DNA of 64,000 nt from an uncultured cyanobacterium (GTDB lineage Bacteria > Cyanobacteriota > Cyanobacteriia > Cyanobacteriales > CAWUOF01): NCBI GenBank assembly GCA_963744145.1, contig CAVUSO010000001.1, forward strand, positions 3,776,001-3,840,000. Direction: 5' to 3'. The notes beneath the pieces are model-generated. The model had not been told where the DNA came from. It saw only the letters and a list, made by a program, of their open reading frames with translations, and made no database searches. Shown here one piece after another: positions 51,645 to 62,178 of this stretch (position 1 is its first letter; the number at the start of each line of letters is the position of its first letter). The position numbers and the translations under genes are program-made.

Positions 51645-51998
51645 TTAGCGTTTTGCCGTTAAACTAAAATCACGAAACTGACGGGCTTGTTCTTCAATCC
51701 GAGTAGCCAGACGATCGCAAACTAAGTTACATAACTCAAAAATTAAATCATCTTCTACTCGATAATAGGCGGAAGTTCCTTCAGTTCGGCGGCTGAGAAT
51801 ACCAGCTTGAAGCATAACTTTTAGGTGTTTTGAGACATTTGCTTGACTAGTTTGGGTAGCTTCAACCAAATCTTGGACACATTTCTCACCGTCGCGGAGC
51901 AAATTTAAAATTCGCAGCCGCATCGGCTCACCTAAAATACTGAAATACTCAGCAACTTGTTGTACAACTTCCTGTGGTACATTAGGCGCTGCTTTCAT
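51645..51998 (-). CDS. ArsR/SmtB-family regulator
   Basis: EPMRLRIL and SQANVSKHL; ATG at 51998 preferred. Confidence 0.9.
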   Translation of the reverse strand: MKAAPNVPQEVVQQVAEYFSILGEPMRLRILNLLRDGEKCVQDLVEATQTSQANVSKHLKVMLQAGILSRRTEGTSAYYRVEDDLIFELCNLVCDRLATRIEEQARQFRDFSLTAKR

Positions 51999-52074
51999 CG
52001 GCTTTAACCAGAAATAACTGATCCCCAAATTGTAGCAATCTACATATCTATAACGATAGAAGAATCTTTAACCT

Positions 52075-52596
52075 TTAGCTAGGATTAATTCGCATTAGTA
52101 GTTGGTCATATTCCACCGGTTCCCCATTTTTGACCAAAATTTCCATCACCTGTCCTGAGATTTCCGCTTCAATTTCATTCATAAGTTTCATCGCTTCAAT
52201 CGTACAAATCGTTTGACCCACAGAAATGCGATCGCCAATTTCCACAAAAGGGGCTTCACCTGGCGCGGGGGCCCGATAAAAAGTCCCTACCATTGGTGAT
52301 TTCACTTCTACCCACCGTTTATCAACTGGTGGTGTTAAGGTTGGTGCTAGTCCGGTGGTTACACCACTAGGATGAGAACTCTCAACTTCAGGTGTTTTTA
52401 TTACTAGGGTTGATGAAGGTGTAACCACAGGTGCTAATTCAGGTACAGTGCTGCTATCTAAAGACCTAGATGCAGTCCCGGACAGATTCTTACGCACCAT
52501 CAATTCAAAATCAGCACTTTTTAAACTTAGTTCAGCGATTTCGGTGCGATCAAAAGCCGCTAGCAGTTCGCAAAGTTGCTTAAAATCCAATTGCAC
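52075..52596 (-). CDS. accB: biotin carboxyl carrier protein
   Basis: SPMVGTFY and EAMKLMN; GTG start. Confidence 0.96.
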   Translation of the reverse strand: MQLDFKQLCELLAAFDRTEIAELSLKSADFELMVRKNLSGTASRSLDSSTVPELAPVVTPSSTLVIKTPEVESSHPSGVTTGLAPTLTPPVDKRWVEVKSPMVGTFYRAPAPGEAPFVEIGDRISVGQTICTIEAMKLMNEIEAEISGQVMEILVKNGEPVEYDQLLMRINPS

Positions 52597-52717
52597 AGCT
52601 TTGTATCCTTAATATCTGTTCAGATGGGCAAAACGCCCATCAGTAATTATTGGTCAATGCTCCATCAGCTCAGACTCAGGATCAATTGACCAATAACCAA
52701 TCATTCCTGACAACAAT

Positions 52718-53275
52718 TTATTCCCGTCCCAAATAAGTATCTGAGCGAGTATCAATGCGAATGCGCTCTCCCACAGAAATAAAGAGAGGAACCATGACTT
52801 GGGCACCAGTTGTAACAATGGCAGGTTTAGTCCCGCCAGTCGCAGTATCTCCTTTGACTCCTGGATCAGTTTCAATTACCTCTAAAACTACGGAATTAGG
52901 CAGTTCCACATCGAGAACTTGTTCTCCCCAGCGGATCACATTCACCTCCATCCCTTCAATCAAATACTTGACGCGATCGCCAATTTGGGAGGCATTTAAT
53001 CTACCTTCTTCGTAATTTTCCATATCCATAAAGACATAGTCATCACCTTCTTTATAGGTATGTTGCATGGTGTTCTTTTCCAGATTAGCTTGGGGCACGG
53101 TTTCCCCTGCCCGGAAGGTTCGCTCTACTACATTACCGTTCTGTGCATTTTTGAGTTTGGTTCTGACAAAAGCAGAACCTTTTCCTGGCTTGACGTGGAG
53201 AAATTCCACAACTCGCCATACTCCTCCGTCTAGTACGATGGTGACACCTGGTCGAAAGTCGTTACTGGAGATCAT
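52718..53275 (-). CDS. efp: elongation factor P
   Basis: HVKPGKG, PGVKGDT. Confidence 0.97.
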   Translation of the reverse strand: MISSNDFRPGVTIVLDGGVWRVVEFLHVKPGKGSAFVRTKLKNAQNGNVVERTFRAGETVPQANLEKNTMQHTYKEGDDYVFMDMENYEEGRLNASQIGDRVKYLIEGMEVNVIRWGEQVLDVELPNSVVLEVIETDPGVKGDTATGGTKPAIVTTGAQVMVPLFISVGERIRIDTRSDTYLGRE

Positions 53276-53473
53276 GAAATTTGATGTTTGGGCAGATCAA
53301 TCGGCAATCTATTTTAACTCTCTGGTGGCACTTACCTATCATTTCTGACGGAGAGTCACAAAAAAGTTAATGAGGATTTTAATCTTTGACCCATTTAGCC
53401 GATCAGTAACACCCCTATGGCAAGATGAGAAAAGCACAAGCCTAAAATCTGATTTTGCCGCAATTGTGAATTT

Positions 53474-54616
53474 ATGCTGAATTTTAACAATCTGATTCGC
53501 AGATCTAACCGTTGGGTAAAGACCTTTATCCTCTCATTCCTGTTGGTTTTTCTGTTTTTGGGAATTAACCCAGCTGATGCGGCTTTATTTGGGCGAAATG
53601 GTGGTTTACCATCGGGAAATGCAATTACTGATGGTAAAGCCCTCTTACGGTATTCTTTACCAATTGATAATCAGTCAATCCGTGAAATTCAAATTAATTT
53701 GGAAGATATATACAATGAATTACGGGGGAAACGCTGGAATAATATATCTCAGAAAATCAGTCAAACTGAAAAAATTTTGAGTTTTCACGCATCTGATCTA
53801 ATTGCCAGCGTACCGGACTCGAAAAAACCGGAAGCTGAATTACTGTTCCAGAAGTTGCAAACTGGGATAGCAAATATCCGTGATGCTGTTAAATCTAAGG
53901 ATAAGCAAGCAACTACTCTTCAACGTTCTCAACTGCTGGAAATAGTTGGTCAGCTAGAAGAAGCGATGGTAGCACAATTTCCCTTTCAAAGTCCTCCAGA
54001 ATACCGTCATCTACCCTACTTAAAAGGTCGTGCTACGGTAGAAATGACTACGGATAAAGGAAATATTACTCTGATCGTTGATGGTTATAGTGCGCCAATT
54101 ACTGCTGGCAATTTTGTGGATTTAGTTCAGCGCGGTTTTTATAATGGTCTTGAGTTTACCCGTGCTGAAGATTCTTATGTTTTACAAGCTGGTGACCCTC
54201 CTGGTCCAGATAATGGGTTTATTGATCCTACTACTGGTAAATACCGTGCTATTCCTTTAGAAGTTCTGGTGAAAGGTGATTCTGCTCCTTTCTATGGAAT
54301 TACTCTCGAAGATGCTGGTCGTTATCGGGATGAACCTGTTTTACCTTTTTCTGCTTATGGTACTGTGGCAATGGCTCGTCCCGAAACTGATGCTAATGGT
54401 GCTTCTTCTCAATTTTTCTTTTTCCTGTTTGAAGCTGAGTTGACTCCAGCTGGACGCAATTTGTTAGATGGTCGTTATGCGGTTTTTGGTTATGTGGTTG
54501 AAGGTCAGGAAGTTCTCGGTCAGCTTAAAGCTGGGGACAAAATTAAATCTGCTCAAGTTGTTCAAGGAGCTGAATATTTATCCCCACCCTTAAGCACAAC
54601 TGAACCTGTTTCCTAA
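53474..54616 (+). CDS. thylakoid-lumen cyclophilin-type PPIase (TLP40/CYP38-like)
   Basis: Signal peptide; ALLRYSLP, DGYSAPITAGNF, SQFF, LDGRYAVFG. Confidence 0.88.
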   Translation: MLNFNNLIRRSNRWVKTFILSFLLVFLFLGINPADAALFGRNGGLPSGNAITDGKALLRYSLPIDNQSIREIQINLEDIYNELRGKRWNNISQKISQTEKILSFHASDLIASVPDSKKPEAELLFQKLQTGIANIRDAVKSKDKQATTLQRSQLLEIVGQLEEAMVAQFPFQSPPEYRHLPYLKGRATVEMTTDKGNITLIVDGYSAPITAGNFVDLVQRGFYNGLEFTRAEDSYVLQAGDPPGPDNGFIDPTTGKYRAIPLEVLVKGDSAPFYGITLEDAGRYRDEPVLPFSAYGTVAMARPETDANGASSQFFFFLFEAELTPAGRNLLDGRYAVFGYVVEGQEVLGQLKAGDKIKSAQVVQGAEYLSPPLSTTEPVS

Positions 54617-54621
54617 AATTA

Positions 54622-54649
54622 ACCGGAGCAGATAGTTATCTGCTCCGGT
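54622..54649 (+). terminator. stem-loop after the PPIase gene
   Basis: ACCGGAGCAGATA-GT-TATCTGCTCCGGT; no strong U-tract. Confidence 0.6.
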
Positions 54650-54679
54650 AGCTGGAAACTATATTGATGAGGTTTTCAT

Positions 54680-54982
54680 ATGGCAATTCTAGAAGTTATT
54701 TTTGTTGTTGCTTTGGGGATTTTACTAGGATTATTGCTGTTAAATGCTCTGAATAATCAACAACAGCAACGACAGTTAGAAGATGCTTTTTATCGATTAC
54801 TTGAAATTCAAAATGGTCAGATTTCTCTGATTCAGTTAACGGTTGCTGCTCGCGTTAATGCGGAATTAGCACAACAATATTTAGAGCGTCAAATCCAATT
54901 TTTTAGTGCTAGCCTAGAAGTTGATGCTGATGGGGATACTTTTTATCGCTTTCCGAAGTTACGCTTACCAGAGAAAGGCTGA
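54680..54982 (+). CDS. hypothetical membrane-anchored protein
   Basis: N-terminal TM followed by a small domain. Confidence 0.7.
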   Translation: MAILEVIFVVALGILLGLLLLNALNNQQQQRQLEDAFYRLLEIQNGQISLIQLTVAARVNAELAQQYLERQIQFFSASLEVDADGDTFYRFPKLRLPEKG

Positions 54983-55084
54983 TTGATCTAACTGAAAAAA
55001 TGATAATTTTGTCGATTTAATGATTAAACTTAGATTAAATTATATTTAAGTAAAATTGCCCGCAATTAATAAGGAAGGTTTTTT

Positions 55085-56080
55085 CTGCTAGTTAGAGAAA
55101 TTGGAGAAAAAGGACTTTTAAAGTTATTACAGAGTTTCTGTCCCCCAGAAATTGTCGGTGATGATGCGGCAATCCTAGCAACTGAATCTGGGCGATCGCT
55201 GGTAATAACAACAGATATGTTAGTTGATGGAGTACATTTTAGCGATCGCACGACTGCTCCAGAAGATGCAGGCTGGCGTGCGGCTACTGCTAATTTATCA
55301 GATTTAGCGGCGATGGGAGCTAGTCCGATCGCAATTACCGTGGGATTGGGTTTGAGAGGAGATACCCCAGTTGATTGGGTCGAGCGACTATATCAAGGAA
55401 TGACTAACTGTCTTGAGCAATATCAGACCCAAATTGTGGGTGGAGATGTAGTGCGATCGCCAATCAATACCATATCAATTACAGCAATTGGACAAGTTCA
55501 ACCCGATCGGGTAATTCATCGTGGGGTAGCTCAACCGGGAGATGAGATTGTAGTTACCGGAGCGCATGGTGCAGCGCGAGCTGGGTTAGAATTACTACTT
55601 GACCCAAATATCGGTCAGCATCTCTCAGCTAGCGATCGACAATTTTTAATTCAAGCACACCAAAGACCCGTCCCCAGATTAGACATATTACCGATCTTGA
55701 CCGAAATTTTGGCGACCGATGCACCATATCAGATTGCCGGGATGGATAGTAGTGACGGTTTAGCTGATGCGATCAGTCAAATTGCCATCAGTAGTGGAGT
55801 TGGGGCCAAAATCGATCGGCAGTTAATCCCGATTCCCACAGCACTTAATTTATTTACTAGCGCCGAAGTATCCCTGAATTATGTCCTATATGGTGGAGAA
55901 GATTTTGAACTTGTTCTGTGTTTACCATCGGAAAAAGCCCAGCTTTTAGTACAAAAGCTGGGAAAAGGGGCCGCTATTATTGGCCACATCACTAAATGCC
56001 CAGATATTTTCTTAGTAGACTCGCAATCAACCGACCAGAAGCAGATGATTAATCTCAAGTTAGGGTTTCAGCATTTTTGA
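55085..56080 (+). CDS. thiL: thiamine-monophosphate kinase (probable CTG start)
   Basis: EIGEKGLL and GDDAA upstream of the first ATG; DMLVDGVHF, NLSDLAAMG, GGD, DSSDGL, GGEDFEL. Confidence 0.93.
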   Translation: MLVREIGEKGLLKLLQSFCPPEIVGDDAAILATESGRSLVITTDMLVDGVHFSDRTTAPEDAGWRAATANLSDLAAMGASPIAITVGLGLRGDTPVDWVERLYQGMTNCLEQYQTQIVGGDVVRSPINTISITAIGQVQPDRVIHRGVAQPGDEIVVTGAHGAARAGLELLLDPNIGQHLSASDRQFLIQAHQRPVPRLDILPILTEILATDAPYQIAGMDSSDGLADAISQIAISSGVGAKIDRQLIPIPTALNLFTSAEVSLNYVLYGGEDFELVLCLPSEKAQLLVQKLGKGAAIIGHITKCPDIFLVDSQSTDQKQMINLKLGFQHF

Positions 56081-56083
56081 GAG

Positions 56084-57097
56084 CTAAGACTGCCATTTTT
56101 GAGCCACCAATTCTGCTAAATCAACTACTCGTTGACTGTAGCCCCACTCATTATCATACCAAGACACAACTTTCACCATGTCGCCACCCATGACCATCGT
56201 CAGACTAGCATCAACAATCGAAGAAGCATCATGTCCTCGATAGTCAGATGAAACCAAAGGTAAGTCATTGTATTCGAGGATTCCTTTCATGGAACCTTCT
56301 GCGGTTTCTTTCAGAACTTCATTCACCTGTTCAGCAAAGGTATGTTTTTCCACCTGAACTACCAAATCCACCACCGAAACGTTAGGAGTTGGCACCCGCA
56401 TAGCGATTCCATTTAATTTGCCTTTCAGGTCTGGAATGACCAGAGCCACAGCTTTGGCAGCTCCAGTAGAGGTCGGCACAATATTCATTGCCGCCGCTCT
56501 AGCTCGTCGAGGATCGCGGTGACTTGAGTCAAGTAACCGCTGGTCACCAGTATAACTATGGGTGGTAGTCATAGTGCCTTTAATGATCCCGAAATGCTCA
56601 TGCAATACCTTAGCGACTGGGGCTAAACAATTGGTAGTGCAACTAGCATTGCTAATAATGACGTGCTTTTGATGTTCATAGGTTTCATGATTGACCCCCA
56701 CCACAAAAGTTCCGTCCTCATCTTTACCAGGAGCCGTAATCAGCACCTTTTTAGCACCAGCTTTTAAATGCTTAGAAGCTCCTGCTTTGTCGATAAACAC
56801 CCCAGTCGATTCGATAATCAGATCAATTCCCCACTCTGCCCAGGGCAAGTTTTCTGGATTACGATCTGATACGCATTTAGCGGTTTTGCCATTAACTGTG
56901 ATGGAGTTCTCATCTGCACTAATGTCAGCTTTAAACGTCCCCAGCATGGAATCGTATTTCAGCAGGTGGGCGTTGGTTTTTGGGTCAGAAGTGTCGTTAA
57001 TACCGACTACTTCTAATTGGCTATTTTCTCGACCCAGCCAGCATCGCATGAAGTTACGTCCGATGCGTCCAAACCCGTTGATCGCGACTCTAATCAC
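56084..57097 (-). CDS. gap2: NAD(P)-dependent glyceraldehyde-3-phosphate dehydrogenase
   Basis: [27 protein letters not shown] start. Confidence 0.95.
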   Translation of the reverse strand: MIRVAINGFGRIGRNFMRCWLGRENSQLEVVGINDTSDPKTNAHLLKYDSMLGTFKADISADENSITVNGKTAKCVSDRNPENLPWAEWGIDLIIESTGVFIDKAGASKHLKAGAKKVLITAPGKDEDGTFVVGVNHETYEHQKHVIISNASCTTNCLAPVAKVLHEHFGIIKGTMTTTHSYTGDQRLLDSSHRDPRRARAAAMNIVPTSTGAAKAVALVIPDLKGKLNGIAMRVPTPNVSVVDLVVQVEKHTFAEQVNEVLKETAEGSMKGILEYNDLPLVSSDYRGHDASSIVDASLTMVMGGDMVKVVSWYDNEWGYSQRVVDLAELVAQKWQS

Positions 57098-57564
57098 TGC
57101 GTCTTGCCCTCTGTATACTTAAATTAGGTGCTTAGTAATCCCCACATCATATCGCAAAGGGTGTCAGATTCTTTTTTTTTCGTTTCTCGACCTGATTTAC
57201 TGATTTTGCCCATCAATTCCCGACCGTCTCCAGCACGATCAGCATTTTTTTTTCTTTAGTCCCGGATTTACTGGTAAAGTAAATCGGCAGCTTAACAGGT
57301 AGATAAAATTAAAAATTTTCACCAGTTAATCTGGGTTTTGGTTGATGATTTTTCGGAAAATAGCCGGATAATAGATGAAGTGACCAGAAGCCAGCAGTTA
57401 AGGATGTGATGATCAAAACATCACTCTACCACCTCTCCAAATCGGTGGAAAAGATATGGAAAACGAGTAATCGGAAATCTCGTGATAATGCTGTATCGTG
57501 AAAAAACAATTACTGCTATGATATCGCGTATTATTGGTGCCGTGTGGTGTGTAAGGAGCGTTGG

Positions 57565-59100
57565 ATGCTGAATTCTGTTGATTTCAGTGGCAGACCGTTT
57601 CATTTCATCGGCATTGGTGGAATTGGGATGTCGGCCCTTGCCTACATTTTAGCCAAACGTCAGTTGCCTGTATCTGGTTCAGATATTCGCTCAAGCCACA
57701 TTACTCAGCGTTTGCAGGAGAGTGGTGCTCATATTTTTGGTAGTCAAGATCCAACCAATTTTGATTTTTTTCAATCTCAGTCAAATTTCCCAAATGAGAC
57801 AGTTTTAGAGAAATCATCTTGTCTGTTATCGACTGGGGGACAAGGAGCAACAAGCTCGACTCGGAAGGAAACTAATCGAGTTAATCGTCAACAGACATGG
57901 TTTGGATTACCCCAAGTGATTTGTTCGACAGCGATTCAAACAGCTAATGCTGAGTATCAAGCAGCTCAAGATTTAGGATGTCCGATTTTTCATCGGGCAG
58001 AGCTATTAGCAGCTTTGAGTCAGGACTACCATCACAGTATTTTGGTCGCTGGTACTCATGGAAAAACTACCACTAGTAGTTTGATGGGCTACCTGCTGTT
58101 ACAGGCAAATTTAGACCCAACGATTGTAGTCGGTGGAGAGGTAAATGCTTGGGAAGGGAATGCTCGATTGGGACATAGTTCCTATTTGGTCGCAGAAGCC
58201 GATGAATCTGATGGTTCTCTGGTTAAACTAGCCGCAGAAATAGGCGTAATCACCAATATTGAACTGGATCATCCTGACCACTATGATAACCTCGAAGAAG
58301 TAATTGCTACTTTTCAGGTGTTTGCCAAAAGGTGTAAAAAAGTGGTGGCTTGCATTGATTGTGCGACAGTTCGCGATCGCTTGCCAGCTACAGTTACTTA
58401 TAGTCTTGATTGGTCGCTGGGTGCTGACTATACGGTTGATCATGTTGTCTATCAGTCCGATGGTACAACCGCAGATATTTGGGAAAGGGGAAAAAAATTA
58501 GGTCAGCTCAAATTAAAATTGTTGGGAAAACATAATCTCAATAATGCCTTGGCTGTGGTCGCGGTAGGACGATTGTTAGAGTTAGAGTTTGCAACCATCA
58601 CGAAGGCGATCGCCACTTTTCCAGGTGCTCGTCGTCGGTTTGAATATCGTGGTGAAGCTAACGGTATTTTGTTTATTGATGATTATGCTCACCATCCGAG
58701 TGAAATTCGTGCTACTCTAGCTGCGGCTCGCTTACAAGCTGGTAAGCGTCGGGTTGTTGCCATTTTCCAACCCCATCGTTATAGTCGCACTCTGGCATTT
58801 TTAGCAGAATTTGCTGAGTCCTTTAACGATGCTGATGTCGTCATTCTTACGGATATTTACGGTGCAGGTGAACAGAATTTGCAACAAATTAGTGGTCAAA
58901 CAATTGCTAATTTAATTGCCGATCGGTTTCATCCCAGGGTGTCCTATCAACCGTCCCTCCAATCGGTTGCGACATTGCTCAAGACCACCCTACTTCCTGG
59001 GGATCTAGCCTTATTTTTAGGAGCTGGGAATATCAATCAAATTATTCCCGAAGTGATCGCTTTTTATGAAAAGGCTGTCCCTATTCAGGTGGGAGGGTAA
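57565..59100 (+). CDS. murC: UDP-N-acetylmuramate--L-alanine ligase
   Basis: GIGGIGMS, GTHGKTTT, EADESD, DDYAHHP, FQPHRY. Confidence 0.96.
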   Translation: MLNSVDFSGRPFHFIGIGGIGMSALAYILAKRQLPVSGSDIRSSHITQRLQESGAHIFGSQDPTNFDFFQSQSNFPNETVLEKSSCLLSTGGQGATSSTRKETNRVNRQQTWFGLPQVICSTAIQTANAEYQAAQDLGCPIFHRAELLAALSQDYHHSILVAGTHGKTTTSSLMGYLLLQANLDPTIVVGGEVNAWEGNARLGHSSYLVAEADESDGSLVKLAAEIGVITNIELDHPDHYDNLEEVIATFQVFAKRCKKVVACIDCATVRDRLPATVTYSLDWSLGADYTVDHVVYQSDGTTADIWERGKKLGQLKLKLLGKHNLNNALAVVAVGRLLELEFATITKAIATFPGARRRFEYRGEANGILFIDDYAHHPSEIRATLAAARLQAGKRRVVAIFQPHRYSRTLAFLAEFAESFNDADVVILTDIYGAGEQNLQQISGQTIANLIADRFHPRVSYQPSLQSVATLLKTTLLPGDLALFLGAGNINQIIPEVIAFYEKAVPIQVGG

Positions 59101-59205
59101 GCGCGAGATCGTTGGTATTAGTAATGCGATCAACTAGCTGTAATTCCTACTCAGTTGGTAGGTTTAGCGCGAGATCGTTGGTATTAGTAGCGTAATCGCC
59201 TAGCT
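59100..59205 (+). repeat. direct repeat with 66-bp spacing
   Basis: AGCGCGAGATCGTTGGTATTAGTA at 59100 and 59166. Confidence 0.85.
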
Positions 59206-59264
59206 TTTGACAATGAAACTTGAAAACAGTTTATCACCCAGGGAAGTGAAATAATTCTATAGTC

Positions 59265-60284
59265 ATGACTCTTTCCTATGAATCTCCAAACTTACTACAT
59301 CCTGCTAGTTTGTTTGTTTCAACCGACCCCAGTCATTCCCCTCATAATTACCGTAAACAACAGCCGATTCAATTGCCAGATAGCAGTTGTCTAATTAAAC
59401 CCCAAGTTCCCTTACATAAACTGACATCCTTTCGAGTCGGTGGACCAGCAGAATGGTATATTGATCCCCGTCGTTTAGAAGACTTACAAGCAAGTTTTGC
59501 TTGGGCTAAAGCTGAAGGTGTACCGATTACCTTGTTAGGTGCTGGCTCGAATTTGTTGATCAGCGATCAGGGGATTCCCGGTTTAGTGATCTGTACCCGT
59601 CATCTACGTCAAACTCATTTTGATCCTGAAACCGGTCAAGTAACAGCAGCTGCGGGTGAACCAATTCCCCAGTTAGCTCGGCAAGCAGCAGAGCGAGGAT
59701 GGCAAGGAATGGAATGGGCTGTAGGGATTCCCGGTACAGTTGGGGGCGCTGTCGTCATGAATGCGGGCGCTCATGGTGACTGTATTGCTGATATCCTGGT
59801 TAACGCTCATATACTTTCTCCCCATAACCGAACAGAAATTCTGACTCCCCAAGAGCTGGGCTATCGCTATCGCACCTCGATGCTCCAAGATGGCAATGGT
59901 GAATTAGGCATAAAAATCCCGCGGTTGGTCACTCAGGCCACATTTCAGCTTAAACCTGGAGCTGATCCCGCCTTGGTTATGGCCACAACCACCCAGCATT
60001 GGGAACAACGACGCACGACCCAACCTTACCACTTACCCAGTTGTGGTAGTGTCTTTCGCAATCCTCACGCTTACAAAGCTGGCTGGTTAATTGAACAAAC
60101 GGGTTTAAAAGGTTATCGGATTGGTGCAGCTGAAGTCGCTCAACGTCATGCCAATTTTATTCTCAACTGCGGAGGAGCAAAAGCTAGCGATATTTTTCAA
60201 CTGATTCATCATGTACAGCAGCAAGTTCAAGCACGTTGGGATCTGATATTAGAACCGGAAGTTAAAATAATTGGAGAGTTCTAG
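59265..60284 (+). CDS. murB: UDP-N-acetylmuramate dehydrogenase
   Basis: [31 protein letters not shown]. Confidence 0.96.
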   Translation: MTLSYESPNLLHPASLFVSTDPSHSPHNYRKQQPIQLPDSSCLIKPQVPLHKLTSFRVGGPAEWYIDPRRLEDLQASFAWAKAEGVPITLLGAGSNLLISDQGIPGLVICTRHLRQTHFDPETGQVTAAAGEPIPQLARQAAERGWQGMEWAVGIPGTVGGAVVMNAGAHGDCIADILVNAHILSPHNRTEILTPQELGYRYRTSMLQDGNGELGIKIPRLVTQATFQLKPGADPALVMATTTQHWEQRRTTQPYHLPSCGSVFRNPHAYKAGWLIEQTGLKGYRIGAAEVAQRHANFILNCGGAKASDIFQLIHHVQQQVQARWDLILEPEVKIIGEF

Positions 60285-60551
60285 GATTAAATTATTTTGG
60301 CCAATAGCAGCCGATCGCAACTTGGGGTGTCTTTTTTTAGCGATAGGATGATCTAAAAACCAGGAACTGAAAAAACTCACTCAATTAAAGATGGTGGCAA
60401 GTTACCAGAGAATTACCATAGTTTAGACCAGCCTGTGTCAAACTAAGAGATAGAGATCAAAACGTAGATAATCACTCTAGGCCGCTTGTCTTAAGGAAAT
60501 ATATTATTGCTCTTGAGATTTGCGCCTAGTTCATCCCACGCTAATTAGATT

Positions 60552-60902
60552 ATGACCAAAGGACAAGGACAAGGATTTGGCTTCGGCCTGGGCAAGATGA
60601 AAGAACTGACTGAAGCTTTCAAAAAAGCCCAGCAAGTGCAAGAAGGTGCCAAAAAACTCCAAGAAGAATTGGAACAGATGGAAATTGAAGGGCAAGCTGG
60701 TGGTGGTTTAGTTAAGGTTGTTCTTAGTGGCAACCAAGAACCCCGCAGCGTGACAATTTCTCCAGATGTCTTAGGAGAAGGAGCAGAGGTGGTTTCTGAT
60801 CTAGTTACTGCTGCTATGAAAGATGCCTATCATAAGTCCACAGAAACTATGCGGAACAAAATGGAAGAATTAACTGGTGGACTTAATCTGCCTGGTTTGT
60901 AA
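60552..60902 (+). CDS. ybaB: YbaB/EbfC nucleoid-associated protein
   Basis: [21 protein letters not shown]. Confidence 0.92.
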   Translation: MTKGQGQGFGFGLGKMKELTEAFKKAQQVQEGAKKLQEELEQMEIEGQAGGGLVKVVLSGNQEPRSVTISPDVLGEGAEVVSDLVTAAMKDAYHKSTETMRNKMEELTGGLNLPGL

Positions 60903-60946
60903 CTAACATCGATTAAATTACCACTGGATGTTAATATCCTGAAATT

Positions 60947-60981
60947 AGACCGATCATAATTTATGTATCGGTCAATTTTTT
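60947..60981 (+). terminator. intrinsic terminator after ybaB
   Basis: GACCGATCATA...TATGTATCGGTC followed by AATTTTTT. Confidence 0.6.
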
Positions 60982-61008
60982 CTTGACTAACTATTGATCT
61001 AAGATGCG

Positions 61009-61491
61009 ATGAAAATACTGTTTGTTTGTCTTGGTAATATCTGTCGCAGTCCAGCGGCTGAGAATATTATGAATGATCTAATTAAAAAGGCTAACTTAGG
61101 CGATCGCTTAAGTTGCGATTCTGCTGGTACGGCTGGTTATCATATTGGTAGTCCACCTGATGCCAGGATGAGTGCGGCTGGGTTGCGACGTGGAATAACT
61201 TTTCAGGGTAAAGCACGTCAGTTTACCAGAGCTGATTTTTCAGATTTTGATTTAATTTTGGCGATGGATCGAGAGAATTATCGGGATATTCTGAGGCTTG
61301 ATCCAGATGGTAAATACAAAGATAAAGTAAAAATGATGTGTGAATTTTGTACTCATCACACTCTTAAAGAAGTACCCGATCCCTATTATGGCGGTCCAGA
61401 AGGCTTTAATCAAGTGCTTGATTTACTCGAAGATGCCTGTGCAGGATTATTACAGTATATTCAGGCAGAATCTGAAAAAATCTCGCACTAA
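61009..61491 (+). CDS. low-molecular-weight protein tyrosine phosphatase
   Basis: VCLGNICRS, DPYYG. Confidence 0.95.
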   Translation: MKILFVCLGNICRSPAAENIMNDLIKKANLGDRLSCDSAGTAGYHIGSPPDARMSAAGLRRGITFQGKARQFTRADFSDFDLILAMDRENYRDILRLDPDGKYKDKVKMMCEFCTHHTLKEVPDPYYGGPEGFNQVLDLLEDACAGLLQYIQAESEKISH

Positions 61492-61558
61492 AATAGTGGT
61501 AGATTAGACCCTCAATAGGTTTTATTTTTTGATGCTTTTTTCTTCAGGAGATTTTTCG

Positions 61559-62173
61559 ATGATCCAAGCATTAACCAAACCGATCACATTTGACAATTTT
61601 CTCGACTGGTATCCAGATCACTCAGAATACCGATACGAATTACACCGAGGAGTTATTGTTCAAATGCCTAATGCAACTGGTTTTCATTCACAGGTAGGGG
61701 GTTTTTTAATAGCTGAATCAATTTTAGAAATCAGACGAACAAAACTACCTTATTTTGTTCCTAGAGACTGTATTGTTAAAACTGCGGATGATACAGGCTA
61801 TGAACCTGATGTGATTGTACTTGATACCAGAGCGATCAATAATGAACCTCGCTGGTCAAAAGGTTCTACGATCGAAATGGGTTCATCTGTAATTATAATT
61901 GTGGAAATAGTTAGCACTAATTGGCGAGATGACTATTTAACGAAAGCTGCTAGTTATGAAGCAATGGGTATTCCTGAATACTGGATTGTTGACTATCTTG
62001 GTTTAGGTGGTAGAAGGTTCATTGGTAATCCCAAACAACCAACTATTTCAGTTTATCAATTGGTTGATGGTGAGTATCAAATTAATCAATTTCGTGGTAA
62101 TGAGCGGATTGAGTCGATCGCCTTCCCAGAACTAAATTTAACAGCAGAACAGATTTTTCAAGCCGGATTGTGA
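61559..62173 (+). CDS. Uma2 (DUF820) family protein
   Basis: YEPDV, VEIVSTNW, GIPEYWIVD. Confidence 0.9.
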   Translation: MIQALTKPITFDNFLDWYPDHSEYRYELHRGVIVQMPNATGFHSQVGGFLIAESILEIRRTKLPYFVPRDCIVKTADDTGYEPDVIVLDTRAINNEPRWSKGSTIEMGSSVIIIVEIVSTNWRDDYLTKAASYEAMGIPEYWIVDYLGLGGRRFIGNPKQPTISVYQLVDGEYQINQFRGNERIESIAFPELNLTAEQIFQAGL

Positions 62174-62178
62174 TCGGA

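Noticed and set aside
52032..52044. NtcA box upstream of the ArsR gene
   Set aside because: GTA and TAC are separated by 6 nt rather than the required 8
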